A DNA stretch of 64,000 nt from an uncultured Verrucomicrobiota bacterium (GTDB taxonomy: Bacteria > Verrucomicrobiota > Kiritimatiellia > CAIQIC01 > Lenti-01): assembly GCA_964510645.1 (NCBI GenBank), contig CAZECJ010000002.1, forward strand, positions 11,432-75,431, written 5' to 3'. Below the pieces are notes generated by a model. That model was not told where the DNA came from and made no database searches. It saw nothing but the letters and a program-made list of their open reading frames with translations. Positions 26,722 to 36,648 of this stretch are shown here, piece after piece; position 1 is the stretch's first letter, and every line of letters begins with the position of its first letter. A program made the position numbers and the translations under genes.

Positions 26722-27879
26722 ATGCGCTTCCTGATCGGTTCCGACTACCTGCCCGACCCCAACGCCGGTGCGGCCGGCACGATCTATTGGACCAGCCGGG
26801 CGCTGGAAGCGCTGGGCCACGAAGTCGATGAATTCTGGGGACCGGATCTGCCGCGCCGCATCCGGCACGGCAATCTCCACTATCTGCTGGAATTGCCGTC
26901 GGCCTTCCGCCGGGAAGTGGCGGCGCGGTGCCGCCGCCGCGCCTATGACGCGGTCATCTTGGACCAACCCCATGCCTGTCTGGCCGGCGAAGATCTGCAA
27001 GCCCGCCATCCGGAGATCCTGTTTCTGAATCGCACGCAAGGTTGGGAGGGGCAGGCGGACGAGGCGCTGGCGCTCGCGGACATGCCGTCGCCGGGATTCT
27101 TGCGCGGCCGGGCGCAGGCCGCCATGCGGGGCCTGCTGGCCCGCCACCAGGATCGGGTGGTGGCTTGCGCCGACGGCATCCTGGCGGGGTGTTCGCCCGT
27201 TTGCGATTATCTCGAGCGGAAGTACGGCTATCCCCGGGAACGCGTCGCCGTCATTCCCTACGGCGTGACCGAGGCTTTCATGAGCCAACCGGCGCGACCG
27301 CCCCCGGACCGATGGAACAAGCTGTTGCACGTCGCGCAATTCGCCCCGTTCAAAGCCCCGGAGATCGTGGCGGCCGTCTTCGGACGGATGTTGAGGGAAC
27401 GCCCCGAGGTCCAAGCCGGCTGGGTGTGCGACCGGAGACATCACGTGGACGTCCGGAACCTGTTCGATCCCGATCTGCGGGACCGGTTGTGCCTCCACTC
27501 CTGGACCGATCAGCAGGCGTTGGTGTCCCTTTACGATGCCTTCGGCATTTTTCTGTTCCCGTCGCATTACGAAGGATTCGGCAAGACGCCTTTCGAGGCC
27601 ATGGCTCGCGGGCTGGCCGTCGTGGCTACGAAGGTCGGCGGATTGGTCGATTTCATCCGCGACGGCGAAAACGGATTTGTGTGCGAACCCGGCGACGGGG
27701 AAGGCTTGGCGCGGCGGATCGAACAGCTGCTGGACGATCCGGCTCTGGCTGCGCGGCTCGGGGCGCAAGCGCGCCGGGACGTCCAGGAATTGACCTGGAC
27801 GAACCACGCCCGGCAACTGGTGGCGTTCGCGGAACGCCGGCTGGCGGAAAAGCGGCGGGCGGGCATGAGGGAGTCCTAG
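26722..27879 (+). CDS. Glycosyltransferase family 4 (GT-B)
   Basis: 'FLFPSHYEGFGKTPFEAMARGLAVVATKVGGLVDFIRDGENGFV' is the E-x7-E type motif. Confidence 0.85.
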   Translation: MRFLIGSDYLPDPNAGAAGTIYWTSRALEALGHEVDEFWGPDLPRRIRHGNLHYLLELPSAFRREVAARCRRRAYDAVILDQPHACLAGEDLQARHPEILFLNRTQGWEGQADEALALADMPSPGFLRGRAQAAMRGLLARHQDRVVACADGILAGCSPVCDYLERKYGYPRERVAVIPYGVTEAFMSQPARPPPDRWNKLLHVAQFAPFKAPEIVAAVFGRMLRERPEVQAGWVCDRRHHVDVRNLFDPDLRDRLCLHSWTDQQALVSLYDAFGIFLFPSHYEGFGKTPFEAMARGLAVVATKVGGLVDFIRDGENGFVCEPGDGEGLARRIEQLLDDPALAARLGAQARRDVQELTWTNHARQLVAFAERRLAEKRRAGMRES

Positions 27880-27884
27880 GCGCC

Positions 27885-28691
27885 ATGTTGTATTTCGTGA
27901 TTCCATTGCGCGATCGAAGCACCACGTCCGACTGGCCCGGCGTCTGCCGCTTGCTGGAGCGCACGCTGGCTTCTGCCTGCGGACAGCTTCACGAAGATTT
28001 CCGCGCCGTCGTGGTTGGCCACAGCCGGCCGATCGGAATCCAGTTCCCGTCCCGCTGCGAGTTCCTCGAGGTGCCGTTTCCGCCCCCCGCGGTCCATCCA
28101 ACCGATGCCGGGGACCGCCGCCTGTTTCTCCTGCATTCCGACAAGGGGCGCAAGCTGTTGCATGGGCTGGAGCGGGCCCGGGCGATTCCGGGTTCCTACG
28201 TGATGTTTCTCGACGCGGACGACCTCGTCAGCAACCGCCTGGCCGGTTTTGTCGCGGAACGGGCCGGCGCGAACGGATGGTATGTCGATCGCGGCTACCG
28301 CCTGGACGAGCATCTGCGGCACGTCGTGTTCTGGCGACGCCGCTTCTACGAAGAGTGCGGATCCAGCTACTTGATCCGTTCGGACCTCGCGCCGTTCCCG
28401 GATCGGCTGGACGATACCCTGGACCTGTCGGATTATTTCGTCCGGCGATACGTGGTGCATGCCTACATCCGCTCGGATCTGGAGAAAAGGGGAGTCCCGC
28501 TGGCCCCCCTGCCGTTCTACGGCGCGATCTATTCCTTCAACGGCCAGAACTTCTATGCATCCCGTTACCGGAATTCCGATCCGCCGTGGAGAACATGGGG
28601 GCGGTGGGCCTTCAAGAGCCGATGGATCACGCCGGCGTTGCGCCGGGAATTCGGCATTCGCCCCGTGCCAGTTGAATCGACAAGCGTATAA
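27885..28691 (+). CDS. GT-A-like glycosyltransferase (divergent family 2)
   Basis: 'MLYFVIPLRDRSTTSDWPGVCRLLERTLASACGQ...FRAVVVGH' and 'YVMFLDADDLVSNRL' (DxD) are present. Confidence 0.55.
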   Translation: MLYFVIPLRDRSTTSDWPGVCRLLERTLASACGQLHEDFRAVVVGHSRPIGIQFPSRCEFLEVPFPPPAVHPTDAGDRRLFLLHSDKGRKLLHGLERARAIPGSYVMFLDADDLVSNRLAGFVAERAGANGWYVDRGYRLDEHLRHVVFWRRRFYEECGSSYLIRSDLAPFPDRLDDTLDLSDYFVRRYVVHAYIRSDLEKRGVPLAPLPFYGAIYSFNGQNFYASRYRNSDPPWRTWGRWAFKSRWITPALRREFGIRPVPVESTSV

Positions 28692-28706
28692 ACCCCGAAG
28701 GAGATC

Positions 28707-29375
28707 ATGATGACATCGCGAACTGCGGCTCGACTCAAGCGTTTCATCGCCGACCACGTCGCCTTGCGGCGCCTGTATGGCGCGCTCTTGATTTTGCGCT
28801 GGCGCAAGGAATTCGAACGGCTGGGCATCATCGAAAGCCAGTTGCGCGGCGAGCCGGTGGATTCGAACGGCCAGCCCCTGCCGTGGCTGTCCATGCCGGC
28901 GATCGCTCTGCTCGAAGCCCGCGCGCCGTCCGGCTTGTCGGTGCTGGAATATGGCAGCGGGAATTCGACGCTGTGGTGGGCCCGCCGCGCCGCCCGCGTC
29001 GTCGCCGTCGAGCACGATGCTGCCTTCCACGCCCGCCTCGCGCCCCGGCTGCCGGAAAACGCCGTCAGCCTGCTGGTTCCGGATTCGCCGGACGGAGCCT
29101 ACGAGCAGGCGCCCGCCCGTTACGGCCGGGTTTTCGACGTGATCGTGATCGACGGCGCGCGGCGGATCGAATGCGCCCAGGCCTGCCTGCCCCTGCTGAA
29201 GGAAGCCGGCGTGATCATTTACGACAATGCGGATTGGAAGAACGCCGCCCCCGGGTTGGCGCATCTGCGGGAACAGGGTTTTCGCTGCCTGGAGCTCCCG
29301 GGCCTGTGCGCGCTCCTGACCTGGTCCAATACCACGGCGATCTTCTATCGGGACGGCAATTGCCTCGGGCTTTGA
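28707..29375 (+). CDS. SAM-dependent methyltransferase-like protein
   Basis: 'LSVLEYGSGNSTLWWARRAARVVAVEHD' is a motif-I-like GxGxS segment. 'FDVIVIDGARRIECAQACLPLLKEAGVIIYDN' is also present. Confidence 0.5.
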   Translation: MMTSRTAARLKRFIADHVALRRLYGALLILRWRKEFERLGIIESQLRGEPVDSNGQPLPWLSMPAIALLEARAPSGLSVLEYGSGNSTLWWARRAARVVAVEHDAAFHARLAPRLPENAVSLLVPDSPDGAYEQAPARYGRVFDVIVIDGARRIECAQACLPLLKEAGVIIYDNADWKNAAPGLAHLREQGFRCLELPGLCALLTWSNTTAIFYRDGNCLGL

Positions 29376-29477
29376 ACGCCGCAGACAGCTCCGCCGCCAT
29401 GCGGGACATGCCCTCCAGGCTCCGGTCGGCTTCACGAGAGGCTGGAGCTGGCGCGCGTGAATTGATAGATTCCAGAC

Positions 29478-31613
29478 ATGCAGCCTGATGATTCCAGCGC
29501 GCACGGAAGGCGGGCCTCCGACGTCAGCGTGGTGATTCCGACCTATCGGCGCGGAGAAGTCCTGCTGCGCACGCTGGATCTGCTCTTCCGGCTCGATCCT
29601 CCGCCCGGGGAGATTCTGGTCGTGGATCAGACGGAGCAGCCGTCGGCCGAGGTGGCGCAAGCGCTGCGACGGCTGGAATCCGCCGGCCGCATCCGGGTCG
29701 TCCGCTTCTCGCCGCCCTCCATTCCCCGCGCGATGAACGTGGGCCTGCGCGAGGCGAAGGGAGCCGTGGCGCTGTATCTGGACGACGACGTCGAGCCGGC
29801 GGCGGACCTCGCGGCGGCGCACGCGGCCCGTTACGCCGGCGGTTGCGCCGCCGTGTGCGGCCAGGTGCTTCAGCCGGGCGAAGTTCCCGATCCCGCCGCG
29901 AACCAGGGGCCGCGCGCGGACGGCTTCCGCGCCGATCTCGACTTCCGGTTCTGCGGCACGCGCGAAGCCGAATTGGCCAGCGTGATTTCGTGCAACTTGT
30001 CGGTCGACCGCGAAACGGCCCTGTCCATCGGCGGCTTCGACGAGCAATTCATCGGGTCCGCCTATCGCTACGAAACCGACTTCGCGAGGCGTCTGGTCGC
30101 GGCGGGGCACCGGATCCTGTTTGCTCCCGAAGCATCCCTTCGCCATTTGCGCCTGGCTACCGGGGGCACGCGGAGCTTGGGCGACCACCTGCGCCGTCCA
30201 TCGCCCTTGCATGCCGTCGGCGACTATTATTTCGCGTTTCGCCACGCTCGCGGCGCGGAGCGATGGGCCTATCTGGCCCGGCGGCTGAGGCGGGAGACGT
30301 GCAACCGATTCTACGCGAAACGCCCGTGGCAGATTCCCGCCAAGGCCATTTCGGAACTGCGCGCGTTGGGCATGGCGGTCCGGTTGCATCGCCAAGGGCC
30401 GCGCTGGGGCGGGGCGGACCGGAACGCCCGGCCGTATCGCCTTTTCGCGGTGGAGACGCATCCCATCCAGTACAAGGCGCCGTTGTTCCGGCGGCTGGCA
30501 GCGGATCCGCGCATCGATCTGACCGTGCTCTACGCGATGATGCCCGACGCTGCGCAACAGGGCGCGGGCTTTGGCGTCCCGTTCGCCTGGGACGTGCCCT
30601 TGCTCGGGGGCTACCGCCACGAGGTGCTGGAGAACCGCGCGAAGCAGCCGTCCGTGACCGCCTTTTCCGGGTGCGACACGCCGGGGCTGTTCGAGCGCTT
30701 GCGCCGCGACCAGCCCGATGCCGTGCTGGTGAACGGCTGGGGGACGAAGACCAGCCTGCAAGCCCTCTGGGCGTGCCGTCGCTTGGGCATCCCCTGCCTG
30801 GTGCGCGGCGAGGCGAACCTTCTGCGTCCTCGCGCGGTCTGGAAGCATGGGCTGCATCGGTTGCTGTTGCGGAACTACCGCGCATTTCTCGCCATCGGTT
30901 CCGCCAATCGCGATTTCTACCGCTTCCACCGCTGCCGGGAAGACCGCATCTTCTGGGCTCCCTATGCGGTGGACAACGAGTCGTTCGCCGCGCAAGCGGC
31001 CGCGCGCACCGGGCGCCGGAACGAATTGCGCGCCGCGTTCGGCATTCCGCCGGCGGCCGTGGTTTTTCTTTTCGCCGGCAAATTGGAGGAAAAGAAGCAT
31101 CCGCTGGATTTGCTGGAGGCCGTGTCGCGCCTGCCGGCGGAGGTGCGCGCGCATGCCCACTTGCTGATCGCCGGCGATGGCCCTCTGCGCGGCGGATGCG
31201 AACAAGTGGCGCGCGAGCGGAAGCTGCCGGTTTCATTTGCGGGATTCCTCAACCAGGCGCGGCTGCCCGATGCCTATGCGGCGGCCGACGTGCTCGTGCT
31301 GCCGTCCGATGCAGGCGAAACCTGGGGGTTGGTCGTCAACGAAGCCATGGCGTCGGGTCGTCCGGCCGTCGTTTCGCGCGCGGCGGGGTGTTGCGCCGAT
31401 TTGATCGTGGAGGAGAAGACGGGGTATTCCTTCGCTGCGCGCGACGTCCGGGGGCTGGCGGACATCCTGGCCGGCTATCTGCGCGATCCCGGTCTTGCCG
31501 CCCGCCAAGGGCTCGCGGCGGCGGAACAGATCCGCTCATTCGGCTCTGAAACGGCGGCGGCCGGCATCGCGGCGGCCGTGGCGGCTTGCGCGGAGAGGCG
31601 GCGGCCATGTTGA
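29478..31613 (+). CDS. Two-domain glycosyltransferase: GT2 (N) fused to GT4 (C)
   Basis: The N-terminal half carries 'VSVVIPTYRRGEVLLRTLDLLFRL...ILVVDQT...LYLDDDVEP'. The C-terminal half carries 'VLVLPSDAGETWGLVVNEAMASGRPAVVSRAAGCCADLI'. Confidence 0.8.
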   Translation: MQPDDSSAHGRRASDVSVVIPTYRRGEVLLRTLDLLFRLDPPPGEILVVDQTEQPSAEVAQALRRLESAGRIRVVRFSPPSIPRAMNVGLREAKGAVALYLDDDVEPAADLAAAHAARYAGGCAAVCGQVLQPGEVPDPAANQGPRADGFRADLDFRFCGTREAELASVISCNLSVDRETALSIGGFDEQFIGSAYRYETDFARRLVAAGHRILFAPEASLRHLRLATGGTRSLGDHLRRPSPLHAVGDYYFAFRHARGAERWAYLARRLRRETCNRFYAKRPWQIPAKAISELRALGMAVRLHRQGPRWGGADRNARPYRLFAVETHPIQYKAPLFRRLAADPRIDLTVLYAMMPDAAQQGAGFGVPFAWDVPLLGGYRHEVLENRAKQPSVTAFSGCDTPGLFERLRRDQPDAVLVNGWGTKTSLQALWACRRLGIPCLVRGEANLLRPRAVWKHGLHRLLLRNYRAFLAIGSANRDFYRFHRCREDRIFWAPYAVDNESFAAQAAARTGRRNELRAAFGIPPAAVVFLFAGKLEEKKHPLDLLEAVSRLPAEVRAHAHLLIAGDGPLRGGCEQVARERKLPVSFAGFLNQARLPDAYAAADVLVLPSDAGETWGLVVNEAMASGRPAVVSRAAGCCADLIVEEKTGYSFAARDVRGLADILAGYLRDPGLAARQGLAAAEQIRSFGSETAAAGIAAAVAACAERRRPC

Positions 31614-32968
31614 ACCTCATGCTGCTGCTGGTCTTGGGCGGCTGCGCCTTGGCCTTGGCGAATTGGCGATGGGGGATCGCGGCCGCGATCGTGATCGGCC
31701 TGCTGCAGGATCCCCTGCGGAAACTGGTCCCGGGCTCTCCCGGCTATCTGGCCATGGCCTCCATGCCGATTTGGCTGGCCACCATGGCTTCCGCCGCGTT
31801 TGCCGACCAACTGCCGATCCAGCGCTTCTTCTCCGGTTTTCCTCGCTTGGGAAAATGGATCGTCGCCATGATCGCCTATCTGGCGATTCCGGCGATGATT
31901 TCGGCCACCTACGGGCGCAACACCTGGATGATCACGCTGCTGGGCGCGTTCGTCTATCTCACGATGTTCTTGGTGCTGGTGGCGGGGTGGCGCTATCCCG
32001 GCGGGACCCACCGCATTGGATGGATCTTGGGTTTCTACGTGATCGTCGCCGCGATCCTGTTGGCGGGCGGACCGATGGACGCCTGGGGCTGGAGCGAACG
32101 CTTTCCCGCCATCGGCACCGCCGCGATGGGCCACGTCTGGGTGACGCATCGCACGGGCGCGGCCGTGTACATGTTGGCGGGGTTCTTCCGCGGTCCGGAC
32201 GTGATGGGCTGGCATGCGGCGCTCGTATTCATGATTTCCGTCATCATGGCGTTTCGGGCCCGCGGCGCGGACCGCTGGCTCTGGATCGCGCTGGCCGTTT
32301 GGGGCGTGCTGAACATCTGGTTGTGCGGCCGCCGCAAAATGCTTTCCATGGTTCCGATTTTCATGGGGTGCTATCTGTTGCTGGTTTTCCGCTTCAAGGA
32401 CGTCCGGCGCATCGGATCGATCCTGGGCACGGTGCTGATGATCGGCGGGCTGGGGTGGTATTTCATTTCCTCGCTCTATCGAAGCGCCGCCGTCGAGGCT
32501 TTCTATCTGACGGCGTTTACCCAGGCGGAGGAACAAATCCAGCGCCATGGAGTCGATACCGTCCTGAGCACGGTCAAACAGGCGGGATTCTGGGGCTATG
32601 GACTGGGCATGTCGCAGCAAGGCATCCACCACATTTCGGCCGACAAGCCCAAGGTCTGGCAGGAAAGCGGCCCCGGCAAACTGGTCGCGGAATTCGGCGT
32701 GCCCGGGAGCCTGCTGCTCGCCGCGCTCGGCTTCATCTTCCTGAAGACGGCCTATCTGGTTGTGCGCGGAAGCCGGCGAGACGAATCGTTTTATTTCACG
32801 GCGGGCCTGTTTTCCGTGTTGGTGGCCAATCTGACCTCGGCGGTCATTTCCGCGCAGATTTTCGGCGATCCCTTCGTGGCCATGTTCCTGGCGTTTTTGG
32901 CGGGACTGCTGTTCTCGAACGCCCGCGCGGCCTCCGTGCCGGTGGCGGGAAAGGCGGAGCACGCATGA
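31607..32968 (+). CDS. Wzy/O-antigen-ligase-like polytopic membrane protein (second copy, distinct sequence)
   Basis: The product has about 10-12 TM segments. 'LWIALAVWGVLNIWLCGRRKML' and 'GYGLGMSQQGIHH...GPGKLVAEFGVPGSLLL' are present. The start has a 7-nt overlap with the upstream gene. Confidence 0.55.
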   Translation: MLNLMLLLVLGGCALALANWRWGIAAAIVIGLLQDPLRKLVPGSPGYLAMASMPIWLATMASAAFADQLPIQRFFSGFPRLGKWIVAMIAYLAIPAMISATYGRNTWMITLLGAFVYLTMFLVLVAGWRYPGGTHRIGWILGFYVIVAAILLAGGPMDAWGWSERFPAIGTAAMGHVWVTHRTGAAVYMLAGFFRGPDVMGWHAALVFMISVIMAFRARGADRWLWIALAVWGVLNIWLCGRRKMLSMVPIFMGCYLLLVFRFKDVRRIGSILGTVLMIGGLGWYFISSLYRSAAVEAFYLTAFTQAEEQIQRHGVDTVLSTVKQAGFWGYGLGMSQQGIHHISADKPKVWQESGPGKLVAEFGVPGSLLLAALGFIFLKTAYLVVRGSRRDESFYFTAGLFSVLVANLTSAVISAQIFGDPFVAMFLAFLAGLLFSNARAASVPVAGKAEHA

Positions 32969-34053
32969 AACGACTTGCGTGGATTCGGACGTCGCCGCCG
33001 GACATCCCGGGCAGCATGGCGGCGTATGGCGATTTGGTGCGGGAGGCGACGGCTGCCCTCGCCGGCGAATGGTCGCTGACGGCCTGCGATTGCTTCGATC
33101 CCCGCGGCGGCACCTCCATGTGGCGGCACCACCTCTGGCGGCTGCGCAATGTCTGGCGCGTGCTCGCGGAGCATCCCGCCGATCTCTATCACTGGCTGGA
33201 CGGTTCGATGGCCGCTTTTATCCCAAGCTCTTTGCGCGCGCGCAGTCTCGTCACGGTCCACGATCTGATTCCGTTGTTGCAGCTGCGCGGCGAATTGCCC
33301 GAACGGCCCAGCCTGCCCGCCGCCGGATTGATCCGGCGCGGCATCCGGACCTTGCGCGGCTGTGCCGGCTGGTGCGCGGATTCCCGGGCCACGCAAGCGG
33401 ATTTGGCGCGGCTGGCGGGCATCGGTGCGGGCGTCGCGGTCGTGCCCGTGGCGTTGCGCCCCTTGCCGGCGCCGACTTCCGTTTCGATTCCCGGACTGGA
33501 TCCACCCGCGCGCTTCATCCTGCACGTCGGCAACAACGCAGCCTACAAGAACCGGGTGGGCGCGCTGGACGTCTTTGCCCGCCTGATCGATTTTCCCGAC
33601 CTGCATCTGGTGCTGGTCGGTCCGCCGCCCACCGGGGCGCTGCGCGCCGCCGCCGCGCGGTTGCCGCGCGTGCATTTCGCCGGGCCCGTGGCCGACGCGC
33701 AATTGCACGGCCTCTATCGTCGCGCCGCGTTGTTCCTTTTTCCCAGCCGCTACGAAGGCTACGGCATGCCGGTGCTCGAAGCCATGGCCGCCGGCTGTCC
33801 CGTCGTTTGCTCCGCCGCGCCCTCCCTCGTCGAAGTGGCCGGCGACGCGGCGCGCTTCGCCTCCGCGTCGGATCCCGCCGCGCTGGCTTCGCAATGCCGG
33901 GCTTTGCTCGCGGACGAAGCCCTCCGGCAGGAGATGACCGAACGCGGCCGGGCGCGCGCCGCTTCTTTTGACGTTGCTTCGATGGGGCGTTCCCTGATGA
34001 AATGGTACGACCAAGCGTTTGCCGCGCTGGAGGAGAAGGAGTCCCATGCCTGA
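32965..34053 (+). CDS. Glycosyltransferase family 4
   Basis: 'FILHVGNNAAYKNRVGAL' and 'LFLFPSRYEGYGMPVLEAMAAGCPVVCSAAPSLVEV' are present. The start shows an ATGA overlap. Confidence 0.85.
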   Translation: MKRLAWIRTSPPDIPGSMAAYGDLVREATAALAGEWSLTACDCFDPRGGTSMWRHHLWRLRNVWRVLAEHPADLYHWLDGSMAAFIPSSLRARSLVTVHDLIPLLQLRGELPERPSLPAAGLIRRGIRTLRGCAGWCADSRATQADLARLAGIGAGVAVVPVALRPLPAPTSVSIPGLDPPARFILHVGNNAAYKNRVGALDVFARLIDFPDLHLVLVGPPPTGALRAAAARLPRVHFAGPVADAQLHGLYRRAALFLFPSRYEGYGMPVLEAMAAGCPVVCSAAPSLVEVAGDAARFASASDPAALASQCRALLADEALRQEMTERGRARAASFDVASMGRSLMKWYDQAFAALEEKESHA

Positions 34054-34621
34054 ATCGTCCGCTTCCCGCATCCGGGTGGACCGGGCGGCCTGTCCGAGTC
34101 CCCACTCGGCCGCCAACAAGCTGGCGCGTCTGCTGTGGCAGGTGGCCGGGCTGCTCCTGTTCCGTCCCTCGCCGTGGTTTTGGCACGCTCCGCGCCGCGC
34201 GCTGCTGCGCCTGTTCGGCGCGCAGGTCGGAAAACACGTCCAGATCATGCCGTCCGTCCAGATCTGGGCGCCGTGGAACCTGGCGCTGGGCGACCATGCG
34301 ACCGTCGGCTCCGGCGTGGATCTCTACGACGTGGACCGCATCGAGATCGGCGCCCACGCCACGGTCAGCCAGCGCGCCTTTCTGTGCACGGCCACGCACG
34401 ACGTGGACCACCCGAACATGCCGCTGCAGACCGCGCCCATCCGGATCGGGGCCGGCGCCTGGGTCTGCGCCGAGGCCTACGTGCATCCCGGAGTGGCGAT
34501 CGGCGTGGACGCCGTCGCCGGCACGCGCGCCGTGGTGCTGCACGACGTGCCGCCGGGACAGATCGTCGGCGGCAACCCCGCGAAATTCATTCGCCTGCGG
34601 AAGCTCGGGAACGCGGATTGA
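34046..34621 (+). CDS. Hexapeptide-repeat O-acetyltransferase (WcaF-like)
   Basis: 'RRALLRLFGAQVGKHVQIMPSVQIWAPWNLALGDHATVGSGVDLYDVDRIEIGAHATVSQRAFLCTATHD...IRIGAGAWVCAEAYVHPGVAIG' shows left-handed beta-helix repeats. Confidence 0.8.
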   Translation: MPESSASRIRVDRAACPSPHSAANKLARLLWQVAGLLLFRPSPWFWHAPRRALLRLFGAQVGKHVQIMPSVQIWAPWNLALGDHATVGSGVDLYDVDRIEIGAHATVSQRAFLCTATHDVDHPNMPLQTAPIRIGAGAWVCAEAYVHPGVAIGVDAVAGTRAVVLHDVPPGQIVGGNPAKFIRLRKLGNAD

Positions 34622-34624
34622 CCG

Positions 34625-35458
34625 ATGGCGGAACCCGTTTCCATCTCGGCGGTCGTTCTTTCCCACAACGAAGCGGCCAACCTGCCGCGCTGCCTCCGCG
34701 CGCTGCGCGACTGCGCCGAGACCGTCGTCGTGGACGACGGCAGCACCGACGACAGCCGGCGCATCGCCGCCGCGTGCGGCGCCCGGGTCGTCGAACATCC
34801 GTTCGTTTCCTTTGCCGACCAGCGCAATTGGGCGATGGCGTCCGCCGGGCTCCGGTGCGATTGGGCGCTGCACCTGGACGCCGACGAGGTCATGACGCCG
34901 GCCGCGCTGGAAGAGATCCGCCGCCGGCTGCCGGCGCTGTCGCCCGGCTCCGCCGGTTTTTTGGCGCGCAAGGTGATGCTGGGGCAGAAGTGGCTGCGGT
35001 TCAGTTCGGATTATCCCGTGTTCGTTCCGCGGCTGATTCACCGGCAGGGGCCGCGCTACGCGATGCGCGGCCACGGCGAAACGCTGGCTTCCTCGGCGGA
35101 GGCGTCCGTCTATTTCGCCGAGCCGCTGTTGCACTACAATTTTTCCAAAGGCTGGGCCGAATGGCGCGCGCGCCACTTGCGCTACGCCGCCGCCGAAGCC
35201 GCGCGCATCCGTTCCGGCGCGTCTGCGGTTTCGGGCCGTGCGTTGTTTGCGAAGGACCGATCCCGCCGGCGCGCCGCGCTGCGGGCGCTGTCCTACCGGC
35301 TGCCGGGCCGGCCGGCGCTTCGGTTCCTCTATGCCTATCTGCTGCGCCTTGGATTGTTAGATGGGCGGGAGGGCTGGACTTTCTGTCGCGCCATGGCCTC
35401 CTATGAGCGCATGATCGACGACGCTTTGCGCCAGCCGCCGGAAACCGGGAGCCCATGA
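34625..35458 (+). CDS. Glycosyltransferase family 2
   Basis: 'ISAVVLSHNEAANLPRCLRALRDCAETVVVDDGSTDDSRRIA' and 'LHLDADEVM' are present. Confidence 0.8.
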   Translation: MAEPVSISAVVLSHNEAANLPRCLRALRDCAETVVVDDGSTDDSRRIAAACGARVVEHPFVSFADQRNWAMASAGLRCDWALHLDADEVMTPAALEEIRRRLPALSPGSAGFLARKVMLGQKWLRFSSDYPVFVPRLIHRQGPRYAMRGHGETLASSAEASVYFAEPLLHYNFSKGWAEWRARHLRYAAAEAARIRSGASAVSGRALFAKDRSRRRAALRALSYRLPGRPALRFLYAYLLRLGLLDGREGWTFCRAMASYERMIDDALRQPPETGSP

Positions 35459-36648
35459 ACGTCGTGCTGGTCAACCAGTTCTTTCCGCCGGCGGCGGCGC
35501 CGACGGGAATCCTGCTGGGCGATCTGGCCGCAGAACTGGTGCGCCGGGGACACGGCGCGTCGGTCATCGCTTCGGCATCGGGCTACGGAGCGGGTCTGGG
35601 CGCGCCGGTGCCCGAAGGCGTGCAGTTGATCCGGGTCGGGCCGGAGGCCCGGCATCGGGATGGACCCGCCTCGAAATTCGCAGATTATCTGTCGTTCGCT
35701 CGCGGGGCTTGGCGGGAACTGTCGCGCATGCCTCGTCCGGATGTGCTGCTCGGCATGACCACGCCGCCGTTCGTCGGACTTTTGGGCGCGCACCTGCAAA
35801 AACGCCACGGCGTGCCGTTCGTGCTGTGGTGCATGGACCTCTATCCCGAGGCGCTGGCGGCGCATGGCTGGCTGCGCCCCTGGAATCCCATGACGCCTGT
35901 TTTGAAGGCCTTGGCGCGGGAAGAACGACGCCGGGCTTTCGCCGTCGTCGCCCTCGGGCCGGACATGGCGGAGCGGCTGGCGGCCTCGGGTGCTCGCCGC
36001 GTGGAAACGATCCCCGTCTGGAGCGCTCTCGAGATCTCGCCGGCGCGGGAAGCCGAAGCGCGCGCCTTGCGGCGCGCGCGCGGATGGGGCGACGATGAGA
36101 TCATCCTGCTCTACAGCGGCAACATGGGCCGCGCCCACCGCGCGGAGGAATTCGCCGCGCTGGCCGAACGGCTGCGCGGTCGCCCGCCGCGCTGCCGGTT
36201 CGTCTTTTCTGGCGACGGCCCGCAACGGAGGGAATGGCAGCGGAAATGGGACGGGCTTTTCGAATTCATGCCGGCGGTGGCCGGAGATTCGTGCGCGGCC
36301 CATTTGCTCGCGGCCGACGTCCATCTGGTTTCCCAGCAGCCGGCGTGGACGGGCATCGTGGTGCCAAGCAAGTTTCCGGCCGCCTGCGCCCTGGGAAAGC
36401 CCGTCGTTTTCGCCGGGCCGCCGGACAGCGCCGTCGGTCGCTGGCTGGCGGAAGCCGACGCGGGGTGGATCTTGCCGCCCGGCGACGCCGCCGCTTGCGG
36501 AAACGCTGCCCGCGACGTTCCCGAGGCGGGCTTGCGCGCCCCCAAGGGCGCGAATGCGCTGCGCCTGTTCCAAGAGCGGTTCACGCCGGCGGCGAACTGT
36601 GGTAAGGTTGCGGACCTGATCGAACAGGCCGCGAAAGAACGGACATGA
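35455..36648 (+). CDS. Glycosyltransferase family 4 (WcaI-like)
   Basis: 'MNVVLVNQFFPPAAAPTGILLGDLAAELVRRGH' is a WcaI-type N-terminus. 'LLYSGNMGRAH' is present. The start shows an ATGA overlap. Confidence 0.8.
   Translation: MNVVLVNQFFPPAAAPTGILLGDLAAELVRRGHGASVIASASGYGAGLGAPVPEGVQLIRVGPEARHRDGPASKFADYLSFARGAWRELSRMPRPDVLLGMTTPPFVGLLGAHLQKRHGVPFVLWCMDLYPEALAAHGWLRPWNPMTPVLKALAREERRRAFAVVALGPDMAERLAASGARRVETIPVWSALEISPAREAEARALRRARGWGDDEIILLYSGNMGRAHRAEEFAALAERLRGRPPRCRFVFSGDGPQRREWQRKWDGLFEFMPAVAGDSCAAHLLAADVHLVSQQPAWTGIVVPSKFPAACALGKPVVFAGPPDSAVGRWLAEADAGWILPPGDAAACGNAARDVPEAGLRAPKGANALRLFQERFTPAANCGKVADLIEQAAKERT

Noticed and set aside
27876-31205. A very long antisense ORF (1109 aa). Similar ones occur at 36111..38552(-), 39581..42193(-), 59693..62650(+), 12542..14914(-), 5212..7146(-), 14760..16490(-) and 22989..24104(-).
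   Set aside because: All are Arg/Ala/Gly/Pro-rich low-complexity translations with no recognisable motifs. They lie exactly antisense to, or out of frame with, ORFs that carry clear family signatures. This is the expected stop-codon-poor artefact of a high-GC genome.
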